Below are positions 22,301 through 34,144 of a stretch of DNA of 64,000 nucleotides, in pieces. The notes below the pieces were generated by a model, which saw only the letters and a program-made list of their open reading frames with translations, was not told where the DNA came from and searched no databases. Position 1 is the first letter of the stretch. Each line of letters begins with the position of its first letter. The position numbers were made by a program, and so were the translations under genes. This stretch comes from Amoebophrya sp. A120 (lineage: Eukaryota > Protista > Dinoflagellata): the NCBI GenBank assembly GCA_905178155.1, contig CAJINV010000031.1:68265-132264 (forward strand), given 5' to 3'.

Positions 22301-25240
22301 CAAGATTTGTCATGCATATTTCTCATGACCCACGGTGCCTGTAATGCAGGACTAGCATCGCAGACTTTTAGATTGCTTCCTGATGGTGCACCTTCCGCAT
22401 GAGATGAAATGCCCTGTCCGTGTAGCACAAACTGTGCCCCTCTTGCTGGTCATGCAATACAAATTTTTTTAGAGTCCAAAAACAGCATGACAAGTTGCAA
22501 TCTTCCAGACCCAGACATTTTTGCAGTTGATACGCGGACGGTGCAGGTAATTGTACGCTGGAGCATGGAACAACTTGTCCCGCCGTGGAAGCAGGTGATT
22601 GTGATGTCACTTGCACACCAACAAGTAGGATGGCAATCGAAGACGATCGTACGGATCATGGGAGAAAAGTGGTCGGCACGAGAACACAACTTCGAAGCCT
22701 GTCCGAGCCCGGGCGAAGACCCGTGCCACGAAAGGCCGAGCGTCAAGCGGTCGTGCCGGAAGAAATTGAGCTGGAGGAGGCCGCGGTCCCGTCCCCGCAC
22801 GGAATGCAGGTACTATTTTTTCCACACATAAAAGTGGGGGTGAATGTTTATGTTTTTGTTGCGTCGATTTGATCTGTATTTAAACATCATCAGTACAACT
22901 AGGAGTGGGTTCTATAGTCTCAACATCTCGGTGTCGCGGCCCCGATAATTTTTCTTTTTTCTGCACAATTTTCCGATGTTGCCGTGTTGCAGGGTGAGAC
23001 TGAATTGGTTGATCTTTGACTCTTCATCTTGACCGGATTCTTGCTTTCCTTCCCACCACCCGGTGAGAGGAACGAAGTAGGATTTTGTTGCTTGTTGCGA
23101 CAAAAACAACAGGACCTGGAGGGGGAGCAGAATGCAGCCTCGGCCAGCGGTGGATTCGTGGAGGAGACGAGAGCTCTGTGTACCCGACAAAATGCACTAT
23201 CAATTGCAGATGTGTTTGGGTCTGGAAGGATGTAAACTTGTGATGCGTCCTGCGAGTCACAGAAAGTAGGATCTGGATTGCATGATTTTTGCCAAAAGTT
23301 GCTCACTACTTTTGATGACCAGGTTGAGAATGAGTTGTTTCTCATGCAGAATAGACATGATCGTAAAAAAGAGAAAGACCTCACAGAATGATCTGTCACG
23401 CCAGGTCCGGCATTCCTTAGCGATAGCGGGCATGGAAAACCCGCATAGCAGACCTCGCAATCTTTTAGAAGATCCAGACGTGTCTGCAATGCATAAGCCC
23501 TGCGGCCGTGCAACATGGCCGAGATGGAGGCGCAGATGGCACACCTAACGGCCTTATCCGATACAAATATGTCTGGGTGTGGAAGCTTGTGATGGTAAGT
23601 GGCGATGATTGCGCATAAGTACTCCTGAGTGCAGCTAAGCATGACAAATGTTTCGGATCACACTTCCTCATGCGTTGTGCGCAATAGAAATTGCGCTTGT
23701 GCATGACAAAAGAAAGCTTCCAGACCTCCCAGACATAATTGCAACGCATACGCCTCGATGGGCGGACGGGAGATCGCGACAGTGAGTCCGGTGCGCCTGG
23801 GCGAAATTCACTTCAGCCAGTCGTCTGTCGCGCCACGGTTCGGCGGGGCGCATGGGCAGTTGCTGGACAATACGGCAGCCAGCATCGTCTCCGCAGTGCT
23901 GAACCAGCCGGGGCACGACCGTTTCCTGGAGCTCCGCCAGAAACTGGAAGCGTTTCCGATGATGCACGTGGTGCAGCATGAGAACGTGCTCTGGGCGCTG
24001 GACAACCGACGCCTCTACATGCTGAAGTACTTCTGGCCGGCCATGGATTGCTATGACAGCGCACAACTCCCCCTCCGTTCATTTGTCATGCAAGATTCCA
24101 AATCCACTCGCTTACTTGTGGCATGGTTTGCATGACAAATTTCCCCGGATGAACAAGGCCGCCAAACTAGACTACGCTACTAGGCACACAAATTTGTCAT
24201 GCACAGGTTCCACGTGTGGTGGTGTTTGTATTGTTATTCATGCTATACAAATGAGGGGGAGGCGGGGGAGTTGTGCACTGTTATAACTGCGTCAACGTGC
24301 TCTTGTTTCGGACGCCGGAGCGGCATATCCTGTGCAAAAGTATCGTACTTGTAGTAATTGCATTTATGCATTACAAATCTCTTTCTCAAGGTAAATCAGC
24401 ATTACAAATTTTATTTCTCATGCTGAGGAAATATGTAATGCAATTATACGAATACGATGCTTTTGCATTGCATACGGCACCGCTGCTGGCAGGTCCGAAC
24501 CGGGGACCGGGGCAAGCCCTTCCTGGAAAAGCTGACCACTCCGTTGTGTCAGAACCCGGACAACGAGCTAAACCCGATCTGGGTCACCTCGCAAGCGGCG
24601 TACGTGGAGCGGCATTTTGGGAACGGCGTGCCCCTGGTCGCAGTCCGACGTGGGCTGAACTCCGGACACCCAGCAACCGGGTCGGCGTCGGCGCAGCTGC
24701 CGCAGACTGGTGGTATATTTTGTTTGTTACCGCTGTATAATCTTCGCCCTGCCTGCTGTACTTCTACTGGTACTGTCGTTCATGCCCAGTTGGCATTGCA
24801 CCACGAAAAACAAGAAGATCATTCTAGTGATGTACAACTGTATTTTTGCTTAGGTACTACAGTCACGTCTTCTGCCTTTCAGCAGCGCAGCCGAACACCA
24901 AATCGGAATGCCTACGCGCTATAAATCAAATCTGTCTCCGCTAGAAGCTCTTGCCAGACTTGTGATGCTAGGCCGACAAGAGGGGAATAAGATCATCTGC
25001 CAGCACACTTCTTGCGGCGCACGGTCAGCATTCAATTGCCATGCCAATTTGCGACTTTTATATTCACCCAACCAGGAGCCATTTTCGATGGAAAAGTTGC
25101 CATGCGCGGCGCCGTAATTTTCTTTTTGAGGGAAGATCGGCTGCTCATTACCAGGACCACATGCAGCTTCCAGGCACCGACATATTTGTAGAATGCATAC
25201 GCGCAGACCGGTTGCTGCGGGATTCACGGACAATTCTTGA
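19313..25240 (+). CDS. Large low-complexity protein with a C-terminal FSQ...LDNRRLY (possibly ParB/Srx-like) domain; may be more than one gene
   Basis: 751-aa ORF plus downstream exons linked by GT-AG introns (~21459-21686, ~22810-22992) and 6 introners; motif IHFSQSSV...WALDNRRLYMLK; 3' end uncertain. Confidence 0.5.
22266..22532. mobile_element. Introner element family A
   Basis: TIR present; TSD cgtgg/cgcgg; frame restored into ORF 22585. Confidence 0.93.
23198..23495. mobile_element. Introner element family A (diverged)
   Basis: TATCAATTGCAGA...TCTGCAATGCATA; TSD tgcac/agccc; join QNA|LRPC. Confidence 0.85.
23555..23750. mobile_element. Introner element family A (diverged, short)
   Basis: TIR remnants; TSD ggcct/cgcct; join HLTA|SMGGRE. 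Confidence 0.85.
24052..24285. mobile_element. Introner element family G
   Basis: TIR TAT.ACAG.GCACAACTCCCCC; TSD attgc/actgc; join MDC|VNVL. Confidence 0.9.
24326..24474. mobile_element. Introner element family C
   Basis: TIR present; TSD cggca; join PERH|RCWQ; inverted relative to 7522-7679. Confidence 0.9.
24920..25199. mobile_element. Degenerate introner element (family A-like)
   Basis: TATA...GCATA ends, TSD cgcgc, internal TTGTGATGC motif. Confidence 0.7.
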
Positions 25241-26305
25241 AAATGAAACTCGGCCTTTTTTATGTTGAAAATCATTATTTATTTTTATGTGGGTTGACCC
25301 AATAGTTTTCAAACATTTTGTTTTCCTTTTCGTACGTACTTCTTTATATTTTTTTACGCGTTTACAATTACATTGTTGTTGTTCGATGTTCTTCTACGTA
25401 AAAAAATCACGACACCATCGACGACACAACATTTCTTCATAGCTAAAAGACATGCTAAAAGCCACAACATGACTTGACTTTCGAATAAAAGCAACACAAC
25501 TAACACGCAACAGAAAGTGGGTTGTACTACCCCCCAATACATCAAAATGAAAGTTTTTTCCTCGCACTTAAGGAAAAGTAGAAATCAAGGAAAAAACAGG
25601 TTACGAGCTGATTCGCTAGAATCCTCGAATACAAGACAAATTTCAGCAACTGTCCTACTAGATACAAAGCACTAGCTTTATTTAGACGGTCGTAGCACAA
25701 CACTAACTCGGAGAGGTGAAAGAAAACTTACGCATAGTTGTCTTGGACCTAACTATTCACATCCCTCTGGGATTGTCGATTTTCTAAAGGCTTTAATATA
25801 TACTGCTACGTCTCCTCGTGGTAAGACCGAAACCTCGTGAAGTAAGTAGAACAGTTTCAAGAAGTACAAAACAACTTTAACAATTTTACTCAAACACTAT
25901 TTTATTCTCAAACTTTATCTTACTTCTCGATTTTTATATCTTCGGAATTAGGGTTTGATTCGTTTGCGATTGATTTCACGCTTTCTTCCAGACTATCTCA
26001 CACTCGTACCTGCCATATTTTGCGATGATATTTATCTGCATTTTTGCAAACTCCATTTCAAAAAATTTAAATATTTTTGTATCGTCAAATACGCCACAGC
26101 AGGCATGAACACGTGACACTATAGACAGCCTATCAAGGGATGGGTCGGACTTTCTGCAAACTTGATTTATTTTTTCTGCAAATTATAATTGTTTCGCATT
26201 GAATAAAGTACTTATTTCTATTGATGTTGCTGCATGCAGGCATTGTACTAAGAACAAAACAAAAGATCACGACGGAAAAGGAAAACTCCTTTTCAAGAGG
26301 CAAGC

Positions 26306-26372
26306 ACCATGTCCCTGCGAGTAGAGGTAAGTAAAAACGGACCCAGGCTCAACTACCACAGCCCAAAAAGAA
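26306..26372 (+). repeat. 67-bp direct repeat, copy 1
   Basis: accatgtcc.tgcgagta.aggtaagtaaaaacggacccaggctcaactaccacagcccaaaaagaa; 2 mismatches to 27258-27324. Confidence 0.9.
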
Positions 26373-27257
26373 GGAAAGGATAGATGTTGTCATGTGCTAA
26401 GAAACTTGTGCTTCTTATGCTATGTTGCCTTGCTTGCGTGGCTTCAGTTTCGAGTCCGAGTTGGTGGGCAGATAGACGCCCATCGCTCGATCCTTCCAAG
26501 TCCAATTCCTTCCCGTATCATTCTAAAAGGAGTACTACATGACCAGCCTTTATTAAAATCGGAGCACTACATGATCATCAAGACCAATAAAAAAGAAAAC
26601 TAACGAAAACAAACAAAAAAACAACAACAAAAAATGGTATGTTTTGAAAGTAGGTCATCTTATTCTTATCGCAGCACTGGCTTACTTTTACTTCTTCAAC
26701 ACATACGAAATTAAAAACGGCGATTCTACTTTTGCTCGTTCACGAAAAAAACATTCGACGACAAACAAAAGAACTATCGTATCAACCTCCCAGAGTAGTA
26801 GTATTTATCTGGAACGGGCGGGCGCTGTTGCGCACTCGTGTGTAAAGTATTCCGCACTGCAACTGGATTCGAAATAATTTATTAGGAGGTACCTGCTCTC
26901 AGCAAGAAAAGTTTACGAGTCTTCTGTGGCTTGTGAAAGTTTCTGTTAGGCAATAAAAGTCAAAAGCTATCTCATTCTTCCTAGGTAGCGAGGAGCAAAA
27001 TGAGACTTGTATCACATTTCTACTCGTAGAACCTGACTCTTTCTTCGTTGTCGTGTATTTCTATTTGTATTGGTATGGAGCTTGTCGACGTTGATACAAA
27101 ACCCGGACTCTCAAGATATTTTCAAAACGTGTTGTCGTCTCACTCGAGGGGGCAGCGTAGTTTTGGATTCGAAGATTTAAGTACAACACTTTTGCGAGGA
27201 GATTGATACACCTGAACTACAATTTTGCGTGCAAGAGCAAGTGTCGTTTCAATACTA

Positions 27258-27324
27258 ACCATGTCCATGCGAGTATAGGTAAGTAAAAACGGACCCAGGC
27301 TCAACTACCACAGCCCAAAAAGAA
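27258..27324 (+). repeat. 67-bp direct repeat, copy 2
   Basis: Matches 26306-26372. Confidence 0.9.
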
Positions 27325-29584
27325 AATTATCCACAAACACAACCAACATCCAAAATAAAGAAGATTTGACCCGTGCGGCGCGACAGAGCGGCAATTAGCC
27401 GCACGGTCTTGCTTCACCAGGTCATTGCCACGGTCGTCTCACCTGCGGTAGAAGAATACGTAGCACAACGAACTAGAAAATGACACTACTTTAAAACTCA
27501 CGTTAATGGGGTTCTTGCGAAAATCTATCGGCACATTCTTGCCGCGGGGAGGAGACCTATCGGCCTTGCGATGCCGAATCCTCGTGAGTCTGGCTCACAA
27601 TAACTGCTAGGTGAGAATCAGGGCATAAAGATCTTTTGACTTTGACCTGTCTCGTCAAAGAACGGAGGGTGTAGCCAAAATATTGAGCATCTAAGACGGA
27701 GGCACTAGAACAAGTGCATCTCCAATCGAGCACGAAGCATCGTCTTTAACTCAGTCCTGATTTTTTCTACTTAGACTTTTTTCAGTACGATGATTTTTCT
27801 AGTTTTGCGCTATTGTGCGTACTAACATCGAAAAATTGATAAGAAAAGCTTTGCTATTGTGCTCTTATTCATCAAACTTCCCTTTGGGGTTTCATTTTCA
27901 CTTTTGAATAGGAAAAGCAAACAAGTGCTGCGGCAGGGCCGCCGTAAGAACATATGCACGAGAAGATAGCTGTGCTCAGATGACTCCGAGACTGATCTCA
28001 AAAACTTTTGGACTGATCGCAGCAACACTTAGTATAGTACAGGAATAGATTATTATTGCGTTTTCAAGCAAAAGTGCACGAGTGAAGTACTACTCCCTAC
28101 CTCGACATAAATCAAATGTGTTTCTGCGACTACTTTTTTCGAAGGGTCATGCGATTTTTGGATCGTTTGACGCCTTGACTAGATTTCTCAAAAGAACGGA
28201 AAACTTAGCACAAATTTCTCAGTCTACAAACGTTTTTTCTGTTTTTCATCAATTTTTTAAACAAAATCCGACTCACTGGCATGTTTTCCCGTTTTGCCTC
28301 CTATAGCTCGTCCGAAAATTGAGTAGATTGCATGTGTAAAAAATCTTTTGAAGATCCTGTTATAGACGATGTTGGTTCTCGAGCCAGCCTCATGCGCGTT
28401 CTCGAGAACACCTGCACCGCTTGAAAAAGAATCGTCCCGCAGTGTCGACGTCAAGCACAGTCCGAGCATGTGTGTCACCATCGCGGCGCTCAGGATGATG
28501 AAGACACTACATTAAACTCTTTGAAAATCGCACTACACTGATCTGGACAAGAAGCGGGCAAAATATGATATTTAGCTCTCCGACGGAACAACTACAGAGC
28601 ACCAATGCGTGCCCATGTTGTGGGACATGCTCAACGACTGTAGTACATCAGGGAAGCTGCACCCGCTAAAAATGATAGAAATATTATGATTCGCTGTAGT
28701 ATTCAAAGCTCTCCACTGAGAATGCTGTGCAATTTCCCCATGTGGTTTTGGCGCAAAGCCCTACGACACCGCTTTCCTTATGAAGCTGTTGAAGTAAATC
28801 TGAGACAGTGAAGCGGGGTGGTGGAGCGAGCGTCAGGACCAATGCGGATATATATTGCATGGGTGTTTCTGCTATAGCGGAGAGCGCGGCGTAAGAAACA
28901 AGAGCGTTGTAGGGACAAAGTTGCGAGATTTTTTCAAATCGAAGTATGTTCTTTCGAGTAGGCCAGACCCGGCAGGCCCTTTTCGGTAGGTCGGTAGGTA
29001 GTTAAGTACGGCGATGCTGTGAACTAGATGGCATTGGCGTTAGCTACCTCGAGCGTGGTCGTAGTGTCTTTCCTCCCGTGACTTTACCCTCCTACCTTCC
29101 TACCGTCATCGGGTCGGCCACAGTCATGCACGTCTCAGCGCGAGGCGAGCTACCCGACCTACCTTCTACTATCGGCCGAGCTGCCACAGAGCATAGGTCT
29201 CGAGCCGCCCTACCTACCTACTAGTGACTAGCTTCCGTAGCTGGTGCGGATCACAGGGCGCCCATCTACCTACCTACGGCCCGCCCTATCTCTTAGGAGG
29301 AGGAAACCCTGAAAAATTACGACGCCACCTGCGAAATCCTAGCAACAACTTATGACTACCTACACGCAGCTTTTCCCGCGGCGAATGCCCCGACCGCATG
29401 CTTCCCACACAAAGTTCTTGACAATATTGATTCAAATTGCGGAACCGACCATACTAATCTCGTCAACGCTTGTTTTTCGGCTGATGACTGGTCTCAAGGG
29501 TGGTGGAGTAGGTGGTATGAGAATAACGCCGTCGATTGGAAGCTGGAGAGCGGGCCGAACGCGTGTGGTAAGGGCGACGTCGAG

Positions 29585-32068
29585 ATGATGTGGCGGAGAA
29601 AGAGGAGGCGCGTCAATGTCACCTGCGTTGACAATTGCCCTTCGGGTTCACTCGGCCTGCAACCGGACCTGTGCGAATACGAGAGAAAAGTTTGCCACTA
29701 CCCACCCTGCGATTGCGAGGTTGGCGATTGGACCGACTGGGGGTGCAGCGCAGAATGCGGCACAGGAGAGCACAGGAAAACGCGATTTCAGACGAAGACC
29801 TATCCTGAGCAAAAACGTCCCCACCCCTTTTCTCTTCCCGTCGTAGTTGGTTCTCCTCTCCCTTCCTTTTCTGAAAGTTCGAACTTTCTTTGTGCTTTAC
29901 AATTTGGTCTTTTCTAGTACATAGACACCCCATAGTCACGATGGTGAATCTGCTAGGCAAATCAACAAGCTTTCGTTGTTGCGCATGACAAGTGTGACCT
30001 CGTAGCTAGTGTATGTGTAATTCTGGCGAGCTAGTTCAGTAGCATCACAGACCTAGCATATCGTGGTGATTCGAGCTCCCTGTCTGCTTCTATTACAGTT
30101 GTGAGCGCAAAGTATCGTTGAAAGAAAATATGAGTGCCCGGGGATGAAGAGATACTCGCGATGTTTTCGCAGTTCTGACCCTATGCCGCTCCAGCGCCTG
30201 CGGAGGCTTGCCTCCCCAGCGATAATGGACAATGGCAATCCAATGTCGGCGCGGTTGTTTTAGCATCACAAATTCCCCGAAATGTCTTTCCTGTCCCTGC
30301 GGAGGCTTGCTTCCACGGTGACAATGGACGAGAGCGCAGCCGGCGCGGTTGTTTTAGCATCACAAATTTCGAAACACAGCTAGAAAATGCTTCTGATGGG
30401 GCGAGAAACATTTTCAGCATGCAGCTTTGCGTTACAGCTATGGGATCGTGGGGACGTTTTTACATAGGATAGGAACCCAACCTCCGGAGGAAGAAGTTGC
30501 GCAGACACGTCGGACGCAAACGGCGTCGCATACAGCATACTCGTGCAATATGGGAGTGTCAGGATTGAAATCGTCAAAGTTGAAATGATTTGTGATGCAT
30601 AAAATCGATACCAGCTGGAAGCCCGCCAATTTCCCAGCGGCGCATGACAAATTTCGACACCCTCTAAAATCAGTTTGTCATGCTGTTTAGAGACAGAAGG
30701 CGCCTTTTATCATGCTACTTTAGCAGCTCTATGCCAAACCCAAAACAGGCTTACAATCGGCCTCGTTTACAATCCCTGCAAGAGAGGCACTTCATGCCTT
30801 GCAGTTTCTGCATGAGAAATTATTTCAACCTTGAGGATTTCAGTTCTGACGCTTCCATAAGCAAAAAAACGCGTGCCAGATCTGTAAGCTTGGAGATTTC
30901 GCACACACCGCGCAGACGAACCTGGAGTGTGTGGACGATGGCGCTGGAAGCTGCAGGCGTTCCTGCAAAAAAGGGTTTGACTGGAACCACATCACGCAGC
31001 GGTGCGACTGGAAGGTGTGCACCTGCGAAGGCGGCGTCGGTGCTGAGGGGACAGAGTGCCCGTACAACGGGGCAGTCAACTGCGCGAGTTGCAAGAAGGA
31101 CTTCTCTTTCTTCACCCAAAGGTTTGCAGAAGATGACCCTAGGGAGTTTACAATTTGCCGCCGGAAATGCAGGTCGCTGGCCGCCGTCGCCAACCTCCAG
31201 GTGACCTCCGGTGCTGGCAAGAGTTCTTCATCTTCTTCCTTCAGTAGCACCTCTTTGCAGCTAGTCCGATCGGAAAAGGAACAGTCAATCATATTACAGT
31301 GAAAAATGCCCCGACCCCCAAAGTTGCAAAAATTTGCGATGCGAAGTTTCCAAATGAAAACTTTTTGTCATGCATGAAAGGAGTATGAATCTTGCTGATG
31401 CAGAGCCTAGGAGTGTATCGCATCGCTTGCATTACAAGCGCCGCTTTTAATGGGGTCTTTTGCAATACAAATTTTTACTATTCACGATTGGACATCTGTG
31501 ATACTGATAGATGCAAGAGCAAGAGGGCGAATGTCTCACGACTTGGAAAAGTTTGCAATGCAAATGCTCCCAAGGCCGGGGGTGGGGGCATTTTTCATTG
31601 TAATAAATCAACAACGTGTGCAACACGGACACGGAGACACTGTATCAAATGCAAAAATCTGGGTCTGGAAGGATGCAAGGTTTGTCATGCACATTTTGTA
31701 TGACTCCTGATCTCTGCGATGCATGCCCTAGCATCACAGGTGTTGTGACGGCTTTCTGATGCCTATACCGCAAGAGAAATGTCCTCTCGCCGTGGCCAGA
31801 ACCAGACCTCTTTTGCTGTTCATGCAATACAGTTTTTTGGATAATGCAGACGCAGCATCACAAGTTTATTCTTCCAGACCCAGACATTTTTACATTTGAT
31901 ATGCTGACCACGAGTGCGATGGCGCTCTGCCAGGCGGCGACCTGCAACTATGGCGACCGGCAAAGCTGTTGCGTGAAAAAAAGCGCTGCGGTGGCGGTCG
32001 CATGGAGCGAAAAGCTGCCACTTCTTGTAGCCGTGCACGTGGCGATAGCAGCTTTCGCGTACGTTTAA
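29585..32068 (+). CDS. Cys-rich thrombospondin type-1 (TSP1) domain surface protein with a hydrophobic, GPI-signal-like C-terminus; 5' end uncertain
   Basis: DCEVGDWTDWGCSAECGTGEHRKTR...PTSGGRSC is a TSP1 motif, completed only after removing 29801-30476; further Cys-rich modules; tail LPLLVAVHVAIAAFAYV*. Confidence 0.75.
29801..30471. mobile_element. Long introner element family B (671 bp) with an internal tandem duplication
   Basis: TIR TATCCT..G.AAAAACGTCCCCAC; TSD agacc/ggaac; join TKT|PTSGGRSC. Confidence 0.8.
30549..30859. mobile_element. Introner element family H
   Basis: ~50-bp imperfect TIR TATGG.AG.GTCAG.A.TGAAATC.TCAA.GTTGAAAT; TSD tgcaa/agcaa; join LVQ|KNACQIC. Confidence 0.9.
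31292..31605. mobile_element. Introner element family I
   Basis: TIR TATTACA.TGAAAAATGCCCC; TSD aatca; join QSI|NNVC. Confidence 0.92.
31643..31901. mobile_element. Introner element family A
   Basis: TIR present; TSD cactg/tgctg; join TETL|TTSAM. Confidence 0.92.
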
Positions 32069-32498
32069 TGCTGCTAGAGGAGGTAAATAAGTAAGCGCTC
32101 ATCCCGACTTTGTCTGTGTCTCCTTGACGAGCAACTTCAATAGAAAGGAACATAGTCTGTCGCCTTTGTGCAAAACGTATAGAAGAAGAAGAACTCACCA
32201 ATACCAAAACGTTGTATAGAATGCTTGTTTCAGCTTGCTCTTTCACACCGAAGGTTTTTTCTAATTACGGCCTAAACCGGGATGACAGAAGGATGCAAGT
32301 CCTGCATTGCAATCATGTTTTGCTCTCTTTCTCTCTTATTAATTTGCTCTTTCATGTCACTGATGGTGGCATAATCTAACTGGATATAACCGGGATAACA
32401 GTCAGACGCGTTATTATATCGGATCCTTTGTTTTTGTTTGTTTGCGAAACCGCGTAAGTAGAAAAAGAGCTCCAAAACGTATAGAATGTTTGTCTGCT

Positions 32499-32629
32499 AA
32501 AATCCGTTTCGACTTCAACTTTTTTCGCGAGAATCAAATGAATCCCAGACACAAGTCTCGTTTGCCAAAATCCGTTTCGATTTCAATTTTTATTTTCGCG
32601 AGAATCATTCATGCCGCAGACACAAGTCT
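32499..32629 (+). repeat. Imperfect ~68-bp tandem duplication
   Basis: aaaatccgtttcga.ttcaa...ttcgcgagaatca...cagacacaagtct occurs twice. Confidence 0.75.
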
Positions 32630-34144
32630 GCTTATCGGTCCACTCGATCTTCACGCGGCGATTGTTTGCAGGCATTTCGACCAGGCGAATCTGACCTCAG
32701 CTGTCAGCTTGATTTTAGCGCTCCAAAACATCGGAGTTATTCGCGAAGATTAACAAGCAGAAGCAACTTCTCATCATGCTCAAAAGTGACCTAGGAGCAG
32801 GATTGCTTTTTTGGACGGCCGCCGAAAGGCTCCAGTAACTGTTACAGCATCTTGTTTATGCTGCTGTTTTCTGTTGTGACCTCAGGAAGCCAGAGCAGTG
32901 GCTCCGATCATGCTGCAGGAGACGTAATAGTGTGCAATGAGCCTGGCACAGATTCATTGGTCGTAAAAACATGCAACCAGTAAAACCCGCAGATATATAT
33001 TTTGATCATTCAGATGAGTCAAAGCACTTCGCCTCTTCCGCGCTTCGATGATCGCCGCCTCGGCAGCGTCCTTGCCGCGGTCCTGCTCTATTGGTCGAGA
33101 TCGTAAGTTGATCCTGGATCTAAGTACGTCTATGTCTTGTTCGAGACGACTACTGGTGGTGGCAATTTTTACTCATGCGCATCACGATCACGTCGGGCTC
33201 GGATCACCTGTTAGCATCCAGATGTTGACCGTCTTGATCCCTAGAAGCTAATGCTCTCGTCCCGGATTCAGGTAGGGAAAGAGAAAAGAAAAGAAAGTAC
33301 GTTCCTCCAGTACTGGAAGATCTTGTCGCGGCCCGTATGAACCACAGCATCGCGTGATTCAGGCATTTCTGGCATCGCATTCGATCGTACTTACTACTAC
33401 AAGAAACTACACGGAGATCGTAAGGATAGTTAACATTTTACAGACGAGGAACAAAAACATTTATGGTAAAAATATTGAGTAGTAGGTATCATGCAATTCA
33501 ATTAGTATTTTATATTTGCGATTCAAAAGTTGAATTTTTTCTACAGCGAATGCTCGAGCGCTTTAGACAATTAAGGAGCTTCCTTGCTTCCAGACGAGCT
33601 AGCCAGCAATCCTTGATGCCCTGGACTTACTTCTTGTGTTGCGACTTCTGTACAGCTTTTTTTGTGGACCATTAGCTTTGAGATGCGTATGTGAATTTCT
33701 TCTCGAAATTTATGAATATAAACCTGTATGATTTTATTGTTGAAGCTGCTGTTTGTGTAAGATGAAGATGATGTTCACAACCAACTTTGTCCATGGAAGA
33801 ATTGAGCAGTAGAAGCAGACGCAACTAATTTGCATATCGACTGGACGTCGTCCTAGTCCCTCCTCAGGGAGAGTTCGCACCAGCTGCACAGTGCGGAGGT
33901 GCGAGCCGGGCTACAACGAACGGACGAGGTTGCTGGAAGGACTACGAACCGAGAAGCGTCGACGCACAGCTCGTTCCTGAACGCTTGCGTGCATTTTTGA
34001 CGTCCCCTCCGACGCGGCGGCGTAGAGTATTAAGGCGAGGACCGGTGAACAACAACTCTGGCCGTTTGTTTTTACGTTGTCAAGGAGTACTTACTGGGCC
34101 TTGGCCCCCTAAACCGGGGCACGCCGCAGCGCGGGCAGTAGAAA

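Noticed and set aside
27368-27408. Small hairpin gacccgtgcggc...gccgcacggtc as an ncRNA
   Set aside because: No recognisable tRNA, snRNA or SL-RNA features; a single short stem is not enough.
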